Positions 21,299-39,535 of a DNA stretch of 64,000 nucleotides are shown in pieces. The notes beneath the pieces were generated by a model. That model saw only the letters and a list, made by a program, of their open reading frames with translations. It made no database searches and was not told the DNA's origin. The translations under genes were made by a program, and so were the position numbers. Origin of the DNA: Nitrospirota bacterium (GTDB lineage Bacteria > Nitrospirota > UBA9217); the NCBI GenBank assembly GCA_963845065.1, contig CAWJQQ010000002.1, positions 256,001-320,000 on the forward strand, written 5' to 3'. Position 1 is the stretch's first letter. Every line of letters starts with the position of its first letter.

Positions 21299-22126
21299 CT
21301 ACCTGCTCTTGGTTCTTCTCGAAATTATAAATTTGGTCGTCGATTTATTCTTCCGCGTCTTTTTCCCATCGGGCAGGCCCCAAGGTGAGCAGCCCGGCCT
21401 TCCACCTGAGGACTTTCCTTCGCCACCGCCGAGAGGATGGTCAACGGGGTTCATCGCCACACCGCGCACCCTCGGTCGCATCCCCATCCAACGAGCCCTA
21501 CCAGCCTTGCCTATGCTGATGTTCTCATGATCGAGGTTGCCCACTTGACCTATTGTCGCCATGCATTCGGAGCGGACCTTGCGCACTTCTCCGGAGTTGA
21601 GCCGCAGCGTGGCATAATCACCTTCACGGGCTAGGAGCTGTACCGTGGAACCGGCGCTCCGGGCAAGTTGGGCACCCGCACCCTTCTTGAGCTCCACGTT
21701 ATGTATGTTAGTACCTACGGGAATCGCGCTCATCGGCAGTGCGTTTCCCGGTTTGATGTCTGCTCCAAGGCCAGACATAACGGTGTCGCCCACGTTAAGC
21801 CCCAATGGAGCAATAATATAGCGCTTTTCACCGTCCGCGTAGTTGAGCAGCGCTATTCTCGCCGTGCGGTTTGGATCATATTCAATCTCCGCAACCTTTG
21901 CAGGCACGCCGATTTTTTCACGCCGGAAGTCGATCACCCGGTATTTTTTCTTATGCCAGCCACCCCGATAGCGTGTGGTGATCTTGCCCCGGTTATTTCT
22001 TCCGCCGCTCTGGCTGATTTTTACGACGAGCGATTTCTCCGGCGTGCTTCGGGTGACCTCTTCAAAAGTCGAAGTGGTTTGGAAGCGCCTTCCTGGAGAT
22101 GTTGGGTTATATGATTTTACTGGCAT
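21299..22126 (-). CDS. rplB: 50S ribosomal protein L2
   Basis: EYDPNR, MNPVDHP.GGGEG. Confidence 0.98.
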   Translation of the reverse strand: MPVKSYNPTSPGRRFQTTSTFEEVTRSTPEKSLVVKISQSGGRNNRGKITTRYRGGWHKKKYRVIDFRREKIGVPAKVAEIEYDPNRTARIALLNYADGEKRYIIAPLGLNVGDTVMSGLGADIKPGNALPMSAIPVGTNIHNVELKKGAGAQLARSAGSTVQLLAREGDYATLRLNSGEVRKVRSECMATIGQVGNLDHENISIGKAGRARWMGMRPRVRGVAMNPVDHPLGGGEGKSSGGRPGCSPWGLPDGKKTRKNKSTTKFIISRRTKSR

Positions 22127-22420
22127 TTAAGCACCCTCAAATATATCGATCTTTTCACCGGGCTTGAGCGTTACATACGCTTTCTTCCAGTCAGACCTGC
22201 GGCCCAACCTCTGCCCGACACGCTTGTTCTTGCCTGCATTTTTTACTGTCGTTACATCGACGACCTTGACTTTGAAAATTCCTTCGACTGCTTTCCTCAC
22301 CTGCACCTTATTTGCATCGACCTTCACTTCAAAGGTAAGTACATTGTTTTTTTCCTTCAGGCGTGTACCCTTTTCAGTTATCCGGGGTACGCGGATGATA
22401 TCATAGAGGTCGATTGTCAT
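22127..22420 (-). CDS. rplW: 50S ribosomal protein L23
   Basis: ITEK, WKKAYVTL. Confidence 0.97.
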   Translation of the reverse strand: MTIDLYDIIRVPRITEKGTRLKEKNNVLTFEVKVDANKVQVRKAVEGIFKVKVVDVTTVKNAGKNKRVGQRLGRRSDWKKAYVTLKPGEKIDIFEGA

Positions 22421-23040
22421 TTGCCGTACACCTCCTGCATGGCGTTAAGCACGTCCTGAGTCGTTATGAGGTACCGGTACTTGAGCAGGTCATAGACGTT
22501 AATATTGTCCATCCTGAGCACTTTGACCGACGTAATGTTTCTGGCTGCCAGCGTCAGATTTTTATTCTCTGCCTTTATGAGGACAAGTGCGTTTTCCTGC
22601 ACGCCGAGAGTATCGAGCAGCGTCGACACCAATTTGGTCTTCGGTTCAGCCAGTTCCAGGCTGCTCACGAGGATGAGCCTGTTGTCGGTGACCTTTGAGG
22701 AAATCGCATCGACGAGGGCAGCCCGCTTTTCCTTTTTGGGGAGCGCATACGAATAGTCTCTCGGCATCGGGCCGAATATCGTACCACCGTGCCTCCAGAG
22801 AGGAGAACGGTTGCTTCCTGCACGAGCCCTGCCTGTCCCTTTTTGTTTAAACGGCTTTTTCCCGCCACCGCTCACGAGAGCCTTGTTTTTGGTGGCGGCC
22901 GTGCCTGCTCTCCTATTCGCTAGCTGATTCACGACCGCAGCATGCAAGAGATGCGGCCGCACAGCCGTTCCAAAAAGGCCCGGGAGCTCTACGTCCTTTA
23001 TTTTCTTATTGTTCTGATCAACCATTACGACTGACGGCAT
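22417..23040 (-). CDS. rplD: 50S ribosomal protein L4
   Basis: QKGTGRARAGS, GGTIFGP. Confidence 0.98.
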   Translation of the reverse strand: MPSVVMVDQNNKKIKDVELPGLFGTAVRPHLLHAAVVNQLANRRAGTAATKNKALVSGGGKKPFKQKGTGRARAGSNRSPLWRHGGTIFGPMPRDYSYALPKKEKRAALVDAISSKVTDNRLILVSSLELAEPKTKLVSTLLDTLGVQENALVLIKAENKNLTLAARNITSVKVLRMDNINVYDLLKYRYLITTQDVLNAMQEVYGK

Positions 23041-23058
23041 GTGCGGATCCTCTTATTC

Positions 23059-23673
23059 TTAATCAGCCTTGTAAATTAGGATAAGACCGTTTTCACCGCC
23101 TGGCACCGCTCCGCGAACAAACAGCAGATTCTGGTCAGGCCGTACATCAACAACCTCGATGTTTTTTAATGTTACGTTTGCAGAGCCCATGTGCCCTGGA
23201 AGTTTCTTTCCAGGCCAAACGCGCGACGGCCATGCGCTTGAACCGATTGAACCTGGCCTGCGATTGAACATGGAACCGTGGCCTCCGGGACCGCCGGCAA
23301 AATTATGCCGCTTCATCACGCCGGCAAACCCTTTCCCCTTACTGACACCGCTCACCACAATCAGTTCGCCCTTCTTAAAAATATCAACAGTAACCACCTG
23401 GCCTTGCTCAAATTCTGCAGTACGAAATTCACGAAGAAAACGATGAGGCTGGACGTTCGCCTTCTTGAAGTGACCGGCAACCGCTTTTGTCACTCGTTCC
23501 TTCTTTTTTTCCTCCTCAAACGCCAGCTGTACCGAATCATAACCATCTGCCGCCGAGGTTTTTTTCTGGACGACTGTACATGGGCCTGCCTGGATAACAG
23601 TTACGGGGATCAATTCCCCGCCACTGAACTGCTGGCTCATGCCTATTTTTTTCCCGATAATTCCCTTGCTCAT
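23059..23673 (-). CDS. rplC: 50S ribosomal protein L3
   Basis: GKKIGMSQ, SKGKGFAG, GAVPG. Confidence 0.97.
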   Translation of the reverse strand: MSKGIIGKKIGMSQQFSGGELIPVTVIQAGPCTVVQKKTSAADGYDSVQLAFEEEKKKERVTKAVAGHFKKANVQPHRFLREFRTAEFEQGQVVTVDIFKKGELIVVSGVSKGKGFAGVMKRHNFAGGPGGHGSMFNRRPGSIGSSAWPSRVWPGKKLPGHMGSANVTLKNIEVVDVRPDQNLLFVRGAVPGGENGLILIYKAD

Positions 23674-23743
23674 TGCAATTCCCCTCATCCGCTCGCCAGC
23701 CGTGATTTACAGTACCCCGGTCTTCCCGCGGTTTGGTTTCTCT

Positions 23744-24049
23744 TTACAGCTTTATCTCTACATCGACGCCTGCGGCCAGATCCAGTTTCATCAGCGCATC
23801 TACCGTCTGCGGTGTAGGATCGAGGATATCCATCAGCCGTTTGTGGGTCCTGATCTCAAACTGTTCACGGGACTTCTTGTCCACGTGGGGAGAACGGAGC
23901 ACAGTCCAGCGGTTGATCCTGGTCGGCAGCGGAATCGGGCCAGACACCCTGGCGCCCGTCCTCTTTGCCGTATCCATAATTTCTACCGTCGACTGGTCGA
24001 GTAGCCTATGGTCGTATCCTTTGAGTCGTATCCTAATCTTTTGAGTCAC
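23744..24049 (-). CDS. rpsJ: 30S ribosomal protein S10
   Basis: IRIRLK.YD, GPIPLPT, SREQFE. Confidence 0.98.
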   Translation of the reverse strand: MTQKIRIRLKGYDHRLLDQSTVEIMDTAKRTGARVSGPIPLPTRINRWTVLRSPHVDKKSREQFEIRTHKRLMDILDPTPQTVDALMKLDLAAGVDVEIKL

Positions 24050-24068
24050 GTGCGATACCTTCTCTTTC

Positions 24069-25268
<1,200 letters not shown>

Positions 25269-25320
25269 GCTGTTCGCCTCCTCTAAGGAAGTGTAAAATT
25301 GCGTTTACGAATAAAATGAA

Positions 25321-27411
25321 TTACCGCTTGACTGTTTCGCCCTTTACCTTGGCGATGATCTGCTCTGAAATGGTTTTCGGTACTTCTTCATAGTGCGCGA
25401 ACTGCATCGTATAAGTCGCCCTCCCCTGGGTCTTAGAACGAATGTCAGTCGCATATCCGAACATTTCTGAAAGCGGCACCTGAGCGGTGATAACACGTCC
25501 TGCTCCACGCATATTCATGCCTTGCACACGGCCGCGGCGGGAGTTCAAATCGCCGATGATATCGCCCATATACTCCTCGGCACAGACGACTTCTACCGCC
25601 ATGATCGGCTCGAGCAAGGTTGGATTGGCCTTAGCCGCGCCTTCCTTGAATCCCATGGATCCGGCAATCTTAAATGCCATTTCTGAAGAGTCGACATCAT
25701 GATAGGACCCGTCGATCAGCGTGATCTTGATGTCGACCACGGGGTATCCCGCGAGAACACCGTTTTCCATGGCCTCTTCAATACCCTTTTGGGTCGGGCC
25801 AACATATTCCTTCGGAACTGAGCCACCGACGGTCTTGTTCACAAACGCAAAGCCTTGCCCCGGCTCCTGAGGCTCGAGTTCGAGAACAACGTGGCCATAT
25901 TGACCACGACCTCCCGATTGACGTATAAATTTGCCCTCGGCGACAACTTTTTTCTTGATCGTTTCGCGGTACGCCACCTGAGGTTTACCAACATTCGCGT
26001 CAACCTTGAACTCACGCAGCAAGCGGTCAACGATAATTTCGAGATGGAGCTCGCCCATACCTGAAATAATGGTCTGTCCGGTCTCCTGATCAGTAAACAC
26101 TCGGAACGACGGGTCTTCCTGCATCAGCTTCTGGAGCGAGAAGCCAAGCTTTTCCTGGTCTGCCTTAGTTTTGGGTTCGATAGCCACAGAGATGACCGGC
26201 TCAGGAAAGGTCATCGCTTCAAGAATGACAGGCTTGTTCTCATCACAAAGTGTATGTCCCGTGAGCGTACTCTTGAGTCCAACGGCCGCGCATATATCAC
26301 CAGCGTAGATTTCCTGGATCTCTTCGCGCTTGTTCGCGTGCATTTTCAGCAACCTGCCGATTCGCTCTCTCGTCCCTTTAGTAGAGTTATATACATAGGA
26401 TCCGGAAGTAAGCGTCCCGGAATAGACTCGGATGAACGTGAGCTGCCCCACAAAAGGGTCGGTCATGATCTTGAAAGCCACAGCCGCAAACGGCTCACTG
26501 TCAGAGGTCTGACGCACAACTTCTTCGCCTTTTGGTCCTATGCCCGTGACAGGCGGAATGTCCAACGGAGACGGGAGGTAGTCCACCACCGCGTCGAGGA
26601 TAAGCTGTACGCCTTTATTCTTGAATGCCGAACCGCAAATAACAGGGAAGATACTCATCGCGATCGTGCCCTTGCGGATCGCTGCCATGATCTCGGCCTC
26701 CGTCGGCGTCTCACCATTCAGGAATTTCTCCATAACGGTATCGTCAGCGTCGGCAATTTTCTCGATCATCTTTTCCCGGTACTCTTTTGCTTGGGGAAGG
26801 AGATCAGCCGGAATATCTTCAATGGCATATTTCGCACCGAGCGTTTCGTCGTTGAACAGAACAGCTTTCATCTTTACGAGATCAATACAGCCGCGAAATT
26901 TGTCCTCTGCGCCAACGGGGAGCTGGATCGGCACGGCGTTCGCACCGAGCCGGTCAATCATGCTCTGCACACTCATGTAGAAATCGGCACCGACGCGATC
27001 CATTTTGTTCATGAATGCAATGCGCGGAACTTCATACTTATCAGCCTGACGCCAAACCGTCTCGGACTGGGGCTCCACACCGCTCACGGAGTCGAAGACA
27101 GCAACGGCTCCATCGAGAACGCGAAGCGAGCGTTCCACTTCAATGGTAAAGTCTACATGGCCGGGGGTATCGATGATGTTGATGCGCTTATCCCGCCAGA
27201 AACAGGTCGTTGCGGCAGACGTAATGGTAATACCGCGCTCCTGCTCCTGCACCATCCAGTCCATGACTGCGGTGCCATCGTGCACTTCGCCGATCTTATA
27301 GGAAACACCGGTATAGTAAAGAATTCGCTCAGTCGTCGTCGTTTTCCCGGCGTCGATGTGAGCCATAATCCCGATGTTACGTGTGTTTTCGAGAGAATAC
27401 TGCCTAGCCAA
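25321..27411 (-). CDS. fusA: Elongation factor G
   Basis: [21 protein letters not shown]. Confidence 0.99.
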   Translation of the reverse strand: MARQYSLENTRNIGIMAHIDAGKTTTTERILYYTGVSYKIGEVHDGTAVMDWMVQEQERGITITSAATTCFWRDKRINIIDTPGHVDFTIEVERSLRVLDGAVAVFDSVSGVEPQSETVWRQADKYEVPRIAFMNKMDRVGADFYMSVQSMIDRLGANAVPIQLPVGAEDKFRGCIDLVKMKAVLFNDETLGAKYAIEDIPADLLPQAKEYREKMIEKIADADDTVMEKFLNGETPTEAEIMAAIRKGTIAMSIFPVICGSAFKNKGVQLILDAVVDYLPSPLDIPPVTGIGPKGEEVVRQTSDSEPFAAVAFKIMTDPFVGQLTFIRVYSGTLTSGSYVYNSTKGTRERIGRLLKMHANKREEIQEIYAGDICAAVGLKSTLTGHTLCDENKPVILEAMTFPEPVISVAIEPKTKADQEKLGFSLQKLMQEDPSFRVFTDQETGQTIISGMGELHLEIIVDRLLREFKVDANVGKPQVAYRETIKKKVVAEGKFIRQSGGRGQYGHVVLELEPQEPGQGFAFVNKTVGGSVPKEYVGPTQKGIEEAMENGVLAGYPVVDIKITLIDGSYHDVDSSEMAFKIAGSMGFKEGAAKANPTLLEPIMAVEVVCAEEYMGDIIGDLNSRRGRVQGMNMRGAGRVITAQVPLSEMFGYATDIRSKTQGRATYTMQFAHYEEVPKTISEQIIAKVKGETVKR

Positions 27412-27438
27412 AACTTCCTCCGCTTCTAGATACGCACC

Positions 27439-27909
27439 TTACCAACGATAGTGGGCGAAGGCTTTATTGGCCTCTGCCATACGGTGAACGTCTTCTCTTT
27501 TCTTTACAGCAGCGCCAGTATTGTTCGATGCGTCAAGAATTTCCGCTGCTAGTTTCTCAACCATGGATTTTTCCGGTCGCTGTGAGGCGTAGAGTCTGAG
27601 CCACCGAAAGGCGAGCGAAAGCCTGCGAGGCTGTTTGACTTCAATAGGCACCTGATAGGAGGCACCACCTACCCTGCGAGATTTCACTTCAAGCGTCGGC
27701 TTCACATTCTCTACGGCTTTCTTGAAAATGGCGACAGGGTCTCCGTTTGTCTTCTTCTGAATACGATCCAGCGCTTTATAACAAATCGCCTCTGCCGTAC
27801 TTTTCTTGCCTTTTCGCATGAGCACGTTCACGAACTTCGCCAGCATTTGGCTGTGATATTTCGGATCAGGCAATGATTCTCTTTTTACGACAATGCTTTT
27901 TCTCGGCAT
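27439..27909 (-). CDS. rpsG: 30S ribosomal protein S7
   Basis: [22 protein letters not shown]. Confidence 0.98.
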   Translation of the reverse strand: MPRKSIVVKRESLPDPKYHSQMLAKFVNVLMRKGKKSTAEAICYKALDRIQKKTNGDPVAIFKKAVENVKPTLEVKSRRVGGASYQVPIEVKQPRRLSLAFRWLRLYASQRPEKSMVEKLAAEILDASNNTGAAVKKREDVHRMAEANKAFAHYRW

Positions 27910-27970
27910 AGTATGGTGTTCCTTCTCTTACACAATTGCGCTCTCAAGCGCACGTTGAATTGCCAACTTA

Positions 27971-28342
27971 TTATTTGGGCCTCTTTGCTCCGTACTTGGA
28001 CCGGCCCTGTTTACGATTGGCGACGCCAACTGTATCCAATGTTCCCCGTACGATATGGTAGCGCACGCCGGGAAGATCCTTCACCCTGCCGCCGCGGATG
28101 AGCACGATGGAGTGCTCTTGCAGATTATGCCCAACTCCGGGGATATAGGTTGTCACTTCCATCCCGTTCGTGAGCCTTACTCTGGCCACTTTCCGTAGCG
28201 CGGAGTTAGGCTTCTTCGGCGTTGTGGTATAAACCCTGATGCAGACACCCCGCTTTTGAGGGCAGCTCTTCAGTGCAGGACTTTTGGTCTTACTTACTGC
28301 CAAGGTCCTGCCTTTTCTTACCAATTGGCTAATTGTCGGCAC
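27971..28342 (-). CDS. rpsL: 30S ribosomal protein S12
   Basis: [17 protein letters not shown]. Confidence 0.99.
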   Translation of the reverse strand: MPTISQLVRKGRTLAVSKTKSPALKSCPQKRGVCIRVYTTTPKKPNSALRKVARVRLTNGMEVTTYIPGVGHNLQEHSIVLIRGGRVKDLPGVRYHIVRGTLDTVGVANRKQGRSKYGAKRPK

Positions 28343-28406
28343 GGAAATTACTCCTTAAAAACACAGGTATAGCAAATTTTCAGAAACGTTGAGTCAAAAC
28401 CTGGTG

Positions 28407-28435
28407 ATTATAGCGGTATAATCGCCTATTGTCAA
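28407..28435 (-). promoter_or_regulatory. Consensus sigma70 promoter of the str operon
   Basis: TTGACA-N17-TATAAT upstream of rpsL. Confidence 0.85.
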
Positions 28436-28462
28436 GGTTTTTTTTGTGTTGCCAATTTAACA

Positions 28463-32611
<4,149 letters not shown>

Positions 32612-32729
32612 AGTGGACCTCCATAGGTGAGGGCAACGCCCTCATGGCCTAATCATTTATCTATCCTGCTTTACTAGTCAGTCCGATCGCCGCTGCCTTG
32701 ATCGACGACCCTTCCTCCTCCGGGAACTG

Positions 32730-35700
32730 CTACCGGGCGGATGATATTTTTTCAAGCCCAATCACTCGTTCCCTCTCGTTCTTGCGCTCGATAAGCTCAA
32801 CATCGAGGCAGAGGCTCTGCAGCTCCTTGATGAGCACGTAGAAGGACTCAGGTAGACCGGGTTCGAGCGTGTTCTCTCCCTTCACGATCGCCTCGTAGAT
32901 CTTGGCGCGGCCGGCTACGTCATCGGACTTAACGGTGAGGAATTCCTGGAGACAATACGCTGCGCCGTAAGCCTGGAGAGCCCAGACTTCCATTTCTCCG
33001 AGGCGCTGACCGCCGAACTGCGCCTTGCCGCCGAGCGGTTGCTGGGTCACGAGCGAATAGGGCCCGATGGAACGCGCATGCAGCTTATCATCGACGAGAT
33101 GATGGAGTTTCAGCATATACATGTATCCGACAGTCACCGGTTTATCGAAGGGCTCCCCTGTCCGGCCATCAAAAAGTTGAGACTGGCCCGTAACCGGAAG
33201 TTTGCTTTCTTTGAGCATTGCACGGATTCGTTCTTCCGATGCTCCGTCGAACACCGGGGTTGCGACATGCAGACCAAGCGCTGTTGCGGCCCACCCAAGA
33301 TGCGTTTCAAGAATCTGTCCCACGTTCATACGGGACGGCACGCCAAGGGGGTTCAGTACAATCTCAACAGGGGTTCCATCCGGAAGGTAGGGCATGTCCT
33401 CTTCGGGAACAATTCGGGAGACCACGCCCTTGTTTCCATGCCTTCCGGCCATTTTATCACCAACGGATAGTTTACGTTTCATAGCAACGTAAGCCTTTAC
33501 GAGTTTAACCACACCGGGAGGAAGATCATCACCGCGCTTTAATCTGCCTATCTTCTCATCATATATGGACTCAAGAATGCTGAGCTGGTTCTCAGAGTTG
33601 TCAAGAATCTCCTGAAGCTTCGTTGGATAGTCCTCGGATTCCACCTTGATCTTTGCAAGATCTTTTTCAGGAAGTTTGTCAAGTATCTCTACCGTGATCT
33701 TCTTACCCTTGGCCAGCTCGGTTTTCCCGGTTTTTGCATTGACAACCTTATCCGCCGCTGTCTTGCCGATCAGGATTCTGCGGATGCGTTTGTACTTATC
33801 CTCTTTAGCCGCACGTACTTCATCTTGATATTCTTTCTGAAGCCGTGCTATTTCCTCGCTCTCCTGGGTCTTAAGGCGTTCGTTCTTGTCCTCGCCTTTG
33901 CGCGAGAAAACCTTCACGTCTATGACCGTCCCCTCGATGCCCGGCGGAGCATAAAGTGAAGCATCCCGTACATCGCCAGCCTTTTCGCCGAAGATGGCTC
34001 GAAGGAGTTTCTCCTCGGGAGTGAGCTGCGTTTCACCCTTGGGCGTCACTTTGCCGATAAGGATATCGCCAGGCATAACCTCGGCGCCAATGCGGATGAT
34101 CCCATTCTCGTCGAGGTTTCTGAGCGTCTCTTCTCCGAGGTTTGGAATGTCCCGAGTGATCTCTTCCTTGCCAAGTTTTGTGTCCCTCGCCTCGATCTCG
34201 AACTCTTCGATATGGATGGAAGTGTACCGGTCCTCTTTTACAATCTTCTCACTGATGATGATCGCGTCTTCATAGTTATATCCGCTCCAGGGCATAAACG
34301 CCACAAGAACGTTCTGGCCAAGAGCGAGCTCTCCCAGGTCTGTGGCCGGTCCGTCGGCGATCACCTGGCCTTTTTTCACTTTATCGCCCTGGCGTACTAT
34401 TGGCTTCTGGTTCATGCAAGTGTTCTGGTTCGAACGATAGAATTTAGTAAGCGGGTAGGTATCGATAACCGTCCGGCCCTTTGCGTCCTCGCCCTTTACC
34501 GTGATCCGCGTGGAATCCACGCCCTCAACGATGCCGTCGCGTTTGGCTGAAACGATGGCGCCCGAATCACGTGCAGCGACGCGCTCCATTCCTGTGCCAA
34601 CGACCGGTGCCTGTGGACGGAGCAGTGGCACCGCCTGGCGTTGCATGTTCGACCCCATGAGTGCACGGTTCGCGTCGTCATTTTCAAGGAAGGGAATGAG
34701 CGCGGCAGACACTGATACAATCTGTTTTGGTGACACGTCCATGTACTGCACTTCCTCGGCGCTTACTAATTTGAATTCGCCTCCAACTCGCGCGGACACA
34801 CTTTCCACAGCTATCCTACCACGGCCGTCGATCGGGGTATTCGCCTGGGCAACTACATAATTCTCGCCGTCCACGGCCGAAAGGTATTCAATCTCATCAG
34901 TCACCTTCCCGGCATTTGCATTCCGGTAAGGTGCTTCTATGAAACCATAGTCGTTCACACGTGCGTACGTCGCCAGAGAAACAATGAGACCGATGTTCGG
35001 ACCTTCCGGCGTCTCAATAGGGCATATCCTGCCGTAATGGGTCGTATGCACGTCGCGCACTTCGAATCCTGCGCGCTCGCGGGTAAGACCGCCGGGACCT
35101 AGGGCCGAAAGCCTCCTCTTGTGCGTGATCTCCGCCAAGGGGTTCGTCTGGTCCATAAACTGCGACAGCTGGCTCGATCCAAAAAATTCCTTTATGGCCG
35201 CGATTACGGGCTTGGGGTTGATGATATCATGCGGCATGAGGGTATCGACGTCTTGCAGGCTCATGCGCTCTTTGATGGCGCGTTCCATGCGCGCAAGGCC
35301 GACACGGATTTGGTTCTCGAGCAACTCGCCCACAGACCGCACGCGGCGGTTGCCGAGATGATCGATATCATCCACTTCACCCTTCCCGGTGCGGAGATTG
35401 ACGAGATACCTGATCACTTCAACGACGTCTTGAGCAGTAAGAGTTGTTTTCTCGATCGGGATATCGAGCTTCAATTTTTTGTTCAGTTTCAATCTGCCCA
35501 CGGACGACAAATCGTAGCGCTTGGCATTGAAGAACATACCTGTGAAGAGATTCCGTGCCATATCGATCGTCGGTGGTTCTCCCGGACGCATTTTCCGGTA
35601 GATCTCGAGAAGAGCTTCATCGGACGTCTGCACTTTGTCGGAAAGAAGTGTGTCTCTCATGGCGCTGATTACATGGATGCCATCCATGTAAATCACTTCC

Positions 35701-36722
35701 ATCTTTTCGACTTTGGTCTCCGCAATTCTTGTAAGAAAGGCTTCCGTTATCTTCTCATTTGCCGGGAGTAACACTTCGCCGGTTTCTGGGTCGATTACGT
35801 CCCGAAGTACAATACGGTCGATCAGTTCCTCGCGGGGAATCGGGATCTCCGTAATACCGGCCGCCTCCATTTTTTTGATTGCAATGCGGGTGATCTTGGC
35901 ACCATCCTTTACGATCTGCTCTCGGGTGTTTTTGTCGGTAATGGTTATCGGCGCCTTGAGGCCAGTCAGCACGTCGGGATGGATCCCGCGAGTGAAGCCG
36001 TCCTTTTTGATCTTGATGTTTTCTATGGGATAATACATTCTGAGCAGGTCTTCGTTGGAGTATCCGAAGGCTTTGAGAAGGATGGTGGCTGGAATCTTAC
36101 GCCTGCGGTCGATCCGAACGTAGACAATGTCTTTTACGTCGAACTCAAAGTCGAGCCAAGACCCGCGATAGGGAATAATCCGGGCGGAGTAGAGAATTTT
36201 GCCGCTCGCGTGGGTCCTGCCCTTGTCGTGCGTGAAAAAAGCGCCCGGGGAGCGATGAAGCTGGCTTACGACGACACGCTCGGTCCCGTTCACGATAAAC
36301 GTGCCGGTTTCTGTCATGAGTGGCAGATCGCCGACGTAGACTTCCTGTTCTTTGATATCCTTCACCCGTTTGGTAGCAGTCTGCTCATCCTTCTCGAAGA
36401 ACACAAGACGCGTCTTTATCTTGAGCGGCGCTGCGAACGTCGCCCCGCGCTGCAAGCATTCCCAAATGCTGTATTTTGGGTCGCCCAGTGAATAGCCAAG
36501 GTAGTCGACCATCGCCGTCTCGTTGAAATCATAAATTGGGTATACGCTCTTGAACGCAGCCTGGAGTCCCATGTCTTTTCTCTTGTCGGATGCGACGTCC
36601 TTCTGCAGAAAATAATCGTAAGACTTTTTCTGAATCTCGATGAGATCGGGAATCTCCAGGATTGTTGGAATTTTGGAAAAATCTTTCCGTACGCGGACAA
36701 GTTCTCTTTTTTCTTTAGACAT
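32730..36722 (-). CDS. rpoB: RNA polymerase beta subunit
   Basis: [22 protein letters not shown]. Confidence 0.99.
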   Translation of the reverse strand: MSKEKRELVRVRKDFSKIPTILEIPDLIEIQKKSYDYFLQKDVASDKRKDMGLQAAFKSVYPIYDFNETAMVDYLGYSLGDPKYSIWECLQRGATFAAPLKIKTRLVFFEKDEQTATKRVKDIKEQEVYVGDLPLMTETGTFIVNGTERVVVSQLHRSPGAFFTHDKGRTHASGKILYSARIIPYRGSWLDFEFDVKDIVYVRIDRRRKIPATILLKAFGYSNEDLLRMYYPIENIKIKKDGFTRGIHPDVLTGLKAPITITDKNTREQIVKDGAKITRIAIKKMEAAGITEIPIPREELIDRIVLRDVIDPETGEVLLPANEKITEAFLTRIAETKVEKMEVIYMDGIHVISAMRDTLLSDKVQTSDEALLEIYRKMRPGEPPTIDMARNLFTGMFFNAKRYDLSSVGRLKLNKKLKLDIPIEKTTLTAQDVVEVIRYLVNLRTGKGEVDDIDHLGNRRVRSVGELLENQIRVGLARMERAIKERMSLQDVDTLMPHDIINPKPVIAAIKEFFGSSQLSQFMDQTNPLAEITHKRRLSALGPGGLTRERAGFEVRDVHTTHYGRICPIETPEGPNIGLIVSLATYARVNDYGFIEAPYRNANAGKVTDEIEYLSAVDGENYVVAQANTPIDGRGRIAVESVSARVGGEFKLVSAEEVQYMDVSPKQIVSVSAALIPFLENDDANRALMGSNMQRQAVPLLRPQAPVVGTGMERVAARDSGAIVSAKRDGIVEGVDSTRITVKGEDAKGRTVIDTYPLTKFYRSNQNTCMNQKPIVRQGDKVKKGQVIADGPATDLGELALGQNVLVAFMPWSGYNYEDAIIISEKIVKEDRYTSIHIEEFEIEARDTKLGKEEITRDIPNLGEETLRNLDENGIIRIGAEVMPGDILIGKVTPKGETQLTPEEKLLRAIFGEKAGDVRDASLYAPPGIEGTVIDVKVFSRKGEDKNERLKTQESEEIARLQKEYQDEVRAAKEDKYKRIRRILIGKTAADKVVNAKTGKTELAKGKKITVEILDKLPEKDLAKIKVESEDYPTKLQEILDNSENQLSILESIYDEKIGRLKRGDDLPPGVVKLVKAYVAMKRKLSVGDKMAGRHGNKGVVSRIVPEEDMPYLPDGTPVEIVLNPLGVPSRMNVGQILETHLGWAATALGLHVATPVFDGASEERIRAMLKESKLPVTGQSQLFDGRTGEPFDKPVTVGYMYMLKLHHLVDDKLHARSIGPYSLVTQQPLGGKAQFGGQRLGEMEVWALQAYGAAYCLQEFLTVKSDDVAGRAKIYEAIVKGENTLEPGLPESFYVLIKELQSLCLDVELIERKNERERVIGLEKISSAR

Positions 36723-36873
36723 TTTCGCACCCCTTAAACATCATAAAATGCACAATGAAAAATACAAATCGTGTAAAACGCAATGTTGAATCGTTTCCTT
36801 TTCTATTTTTCACTTTGCATTTCGAATTTTTTTACCGGTATTCGCCAGTTTCGAAGGCCCTATCCATAAACGC

Positions 36874-36918
36874 AAAAAGTCCGTTGCCCTCCGGACCGCT
36901 GCCGGAGGGCAAGGACTT
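36874..36918 (-). terminator. Terminator/attenuator between rplL and rpoB
   Basis: TTGCCCTCCGG...CCGGAGGGCAA stem with U-tract. Confidence 0.7.
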
Positions 36919-36943
36919 GGCACAAGAAGCCTGATTTGTCTTT

Positions 36944-37318
36944 TTACTTTACCTCTACAGTTGCGCCTACGTCGGTAAGCTTCTTTTTCATGGTTTCTGA
37001 CTCTTCCTTGGTAACACCGGTCTTTACCGGTTTCGGAGCACCTTCAACGAGGTCCTTTGCTTCCTTGAGGCCGAGACCTGTAAGCTCACGCACAACTTTA
37101 ATAACATTGATCTTCTGTGCCCCGGCACTCGCCAGGATAACATCAAATGCGGTCTTCTCTTCTACTGCTGCTGCGCCCGCTGCTCCTCCAGCTGCCGCGA
37201 CTGCCACGGGAGCTGCCGCAGACACACCCCACTTTTCCTCAAGCATTTTGCTCAGTTCTGCTGCTTCAAGAACGGTCAAACCGCTCAATTCATCAACCAT
37301 TTTTGCTAAATCAGCCAT
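36944..37318 (-). CDS. rplL: 50S ribosomal protein L7/L12
   Basis: [20 protein letters not shown]; start MADLAK after GGGAGG. Confidence 0.97.
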   Translation of the reverse strand: MADLAKMVDELSGLTVLEAAELSKMLEEKWGVSAAAPVAVAAAGGAAGAAAVEEKTAFDVILASAGAQKINVIKVVRELTGLGLKEAKDLVEGAPKPVKTGVTKEESETMKKKLTDVGATVEVK

Positions 37319-37387
37319 GTTTCTATTCCTCCCGAAAGTGTATAAACTTTTTAAAATATGCACTCGTTGTGAGCGCGTTTTAACGAT

Positions 37388-37900
37388 TTATCCCTTGTCT
37401 GCCTTCGCTTTCATAACCCTGGCAATTTGACCACCCGGAGCTGCCAGCACGCCGACTATCCTCGATGCAGGCGCCTGGAGAAGACCGATGATTTTCCCGC
37501 GGAGCGAATTCAGCGACGGCAGGCTGGCGAGCGCCTTGATATCCGCCTGCTTCAGGAGCTTGCCGTCGAGCACACCAACCTTGAGTTGAAGCTTCTCCTG
37601 CGTCTTACTGAAATCAAAGAGTACCTTCGCTGGCGCAACCACGTCATCGTACCCGAGTGCAATGCCCACAGGACCAATAAAGTAATCCTTGAGCGGCTCG
37701 AGACCGGTGCCTTCTGATGCTTTGCGCGCCAGGGTGTTTTTTACGACGCGGTATTCAACCTTAGCTGCACGCAGCTTCGCCCGGAGTTCGGTAATCTGTT
37801 CAACATTGATTCCAGAATACCCCGTAATCACCGCAGTTTTGGCGCGAACGAACTTCGCATGGAGTTCATCTATTGCTTCTTTTTTCTCTTCTTTATTCAA
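37388..37900 (-). CDS. rplJ: 50S ribosomal protein L10
   Basis: VVKNTLA, LASLPS. Confidence 0.97.
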   Translation of the reverse strand: MNKEEKKEAIDELHAKFVRAKTAVITGYSGINVEQITELRAKLRAAKVEYRVVKNTLARKASEGTGLEPLKDYFIGPVGIALGYDDVVAPAKVLFDFSKTQEKLQLKVGVLDGKLLKQADIKALASLPSLNSLRGKIIGLLQAPASRIVGVLAAPGGQIARVMKAKADKG

Positions 37901-37983
37901 CGCTGTCCTCCTTTCTTTCCAGAGTTCCCGATGACTGCCCCGGGAATCTCGAAAGAAAGGGAAACTGCACTTCTTTCATCTAC

Positions 37984-38070
37984 CCGGGTCTCGGCAGGCT
38001 CCGTTTCAGGAATTAAACCGAAAAAGAAACGGCTTATCAATTTTCAGTGCCTGCTGTCTCGGACCGTATC
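37984..38070 (-). promoter_or_regulatory. L10 leader (autoregulatory RNA)
   Basis: CCGAGACAGCAGG...TTAA...CCTGCCGAG pattern upstream of rplJ. Confidence 0.7.
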
Positions 38071-38167
38071 CCTCTTCTTGAGGGATCGACCTTTTTCAGT
38101 AAAGTAATATCTGCAACGATAACAAGGTTAGCGCAGAGTATGCAAATACGTAACAGCTATCGTTCTA

Positions 38168-38869
38168 TTATCCTGCAAGCTTTTCGATCGCAGCCGTATC
38201 CATTCTAACGCCGGGCCCCATAGTCGTGGAAACAGTTGCGCTCTTGAGATACTTACCCTTGCTCGACGACGGTTTAGCCTTCAAAATTGACTCGAGTACA
38301 GCCTTGGCATTGTCCACAAGTTTATTTTCGTCGAAGGACGCCTTGCCCACCGGAACATGAACTATGCCGGCCTTCTCCACGCGGTATTCGACTTTGCCCG
38401 CCCGAATTTCCCTGATTGCCTTCGCAATATCAAATGTCACCGTACCAGTCTTGGGATTCGGCATCAATCCGCGTGGGCCAAGCACTTTACCGAGCCTGCC
38501 CACGATTCCCATGATGTCCGGCGTAGCAACAACGGTATCGAAATCCGTCCAGCTTTCTTTTGTAATTTTATCTGCAAGATCTTCAGCGCCAACATAATCA
38601 GCGCCGGCATCCCTCGCTTCTTTCTCTTTATCGCCCTTCGCGAATACCAGAATTTTTACTTTTTTCCCGGTACCGTGCGGAAGAACGACCGTCCCGCGCA
38701 CCATCTGGTCCGCCTGTTTTGGATCCACACCGAGTCTGATCGCCAGATCAACGGTTTCATCGAACTTTGTTCTTGCCGTTTTCTTGGCAAGACCAACAGC
38801 CTCTTCGATGCCGAACATTTTTGTGCGGTCCACCAGTGCTGCCACTGCTTTATACTTCTTCCCTGCCAT
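38168..38869 (-). CDS. rplA: 50S ribosomal protein L1
   Basis: [18 protein letters not shown]. Confidence 0.98.
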   Translation of the reverse strand: MAGKKYKAVAALVDRTKMFGIEEAVGLAKKTARTKFDETVDLAIRLGVDPKQADQMVRGTVVLPHGTGKKVKILVFAKGDKEKEARDAGADYVGAEDLADKITKESWTDFDTVVATPDIMGIVGRLGKVLGPRGLMPNPKTGTVTFDIAKAIREIRAGKVEYRVEKAGIVHVPVGKASFDENKLVDNAKAVLESILKAKPSSSKGKYLKSATVSTTMGPGVRMDTAAIEKLAG

Positions 38870-38982
38870 GTTTCCTCCTTGCGGTTCGAACGGCCGTTGA
38901 CGGCCTCCCGCATGAAAATTTTAATAGGAATGGAAGATGAGAAATTTTAAACACCGACTTCCATTTCCGATTCGACATTTAG

Positions 38983-39031
38983 GAGCCCAGCGCGAAAAGC
39001 CCTACATGCTTTAGTGGTGGGAGTAGGTCTA
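38983..39031 (+). mobile_element. IS605-type solo-hairpin mini-element between rplK and rplA
   Basis: TTAG target, AAGC guide at +15..18, CCTACATGCTTTAGTGGTGGG hairpin, AGTAGG-TCTA tail. Confidence 0.55.
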
Positions 39032-39041
39032 AATAATGTCG

Positions 39042-39467
39042 TTAATCGACGATTTCCAACCCCATGCTCTTTGCTGAGCCCTCGATCATCCGCATGGCTG
39101 AATCAACATTTGCCGCATTGAGATCCGGAAGCTTCGTTTGCGCGATCTCCTTTATTTGGGAGCGAGTCACCTTGCCGACTTTATCCTTGTTTGGCGTACC
39201 GGAGCCCTTCACGATCCCAGCTGCCTTTTTCAGAAGCTCAGCGGCCGGCGGGGTCTTGGTAATAAAGGTGAACGACCGGTCTGAGTATACCGAGATAATG
39301 ACCGGAACGATGGTCTCGCCCATTTTCTGGGTCTTCGCATTGAAGGCCTTGCAGAACTCCATGATATTGACGCCATGCTGACCGAGTGCGGGACCCACCG
39401 GCGGCGCCGGATTAGCTTTGCCTGCAGGAACTTGAAGTTTGATTTTTGCCGTAATTTCTTTAGCCAT
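39042..39467 (-). CDS. rplK: 50S ribosomal protein L11
   Basis: [13 protein letters not shown]. Confidence 0.98.
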   Translation of the reverse strand: MAKEITAKIKLQVPAGKANPAPPVGPALGQHGVNIMEFCKAFNAKTQKMGETIVPVIISVYSDRSFTFITKTPPAAELLKKAAGIVKGSGTPNKDKVGKVTRSQIKEIAQTKLPDLNAANVDSAMRMIEGSAKSMGLEIVD

Positions 39468-39535
39468 AGAACATACTCCTGTATTATTTTAGCGCTTTTT
39501 TATTGGAGAATCTCAAATCGTAAAATTTTGTCAGA

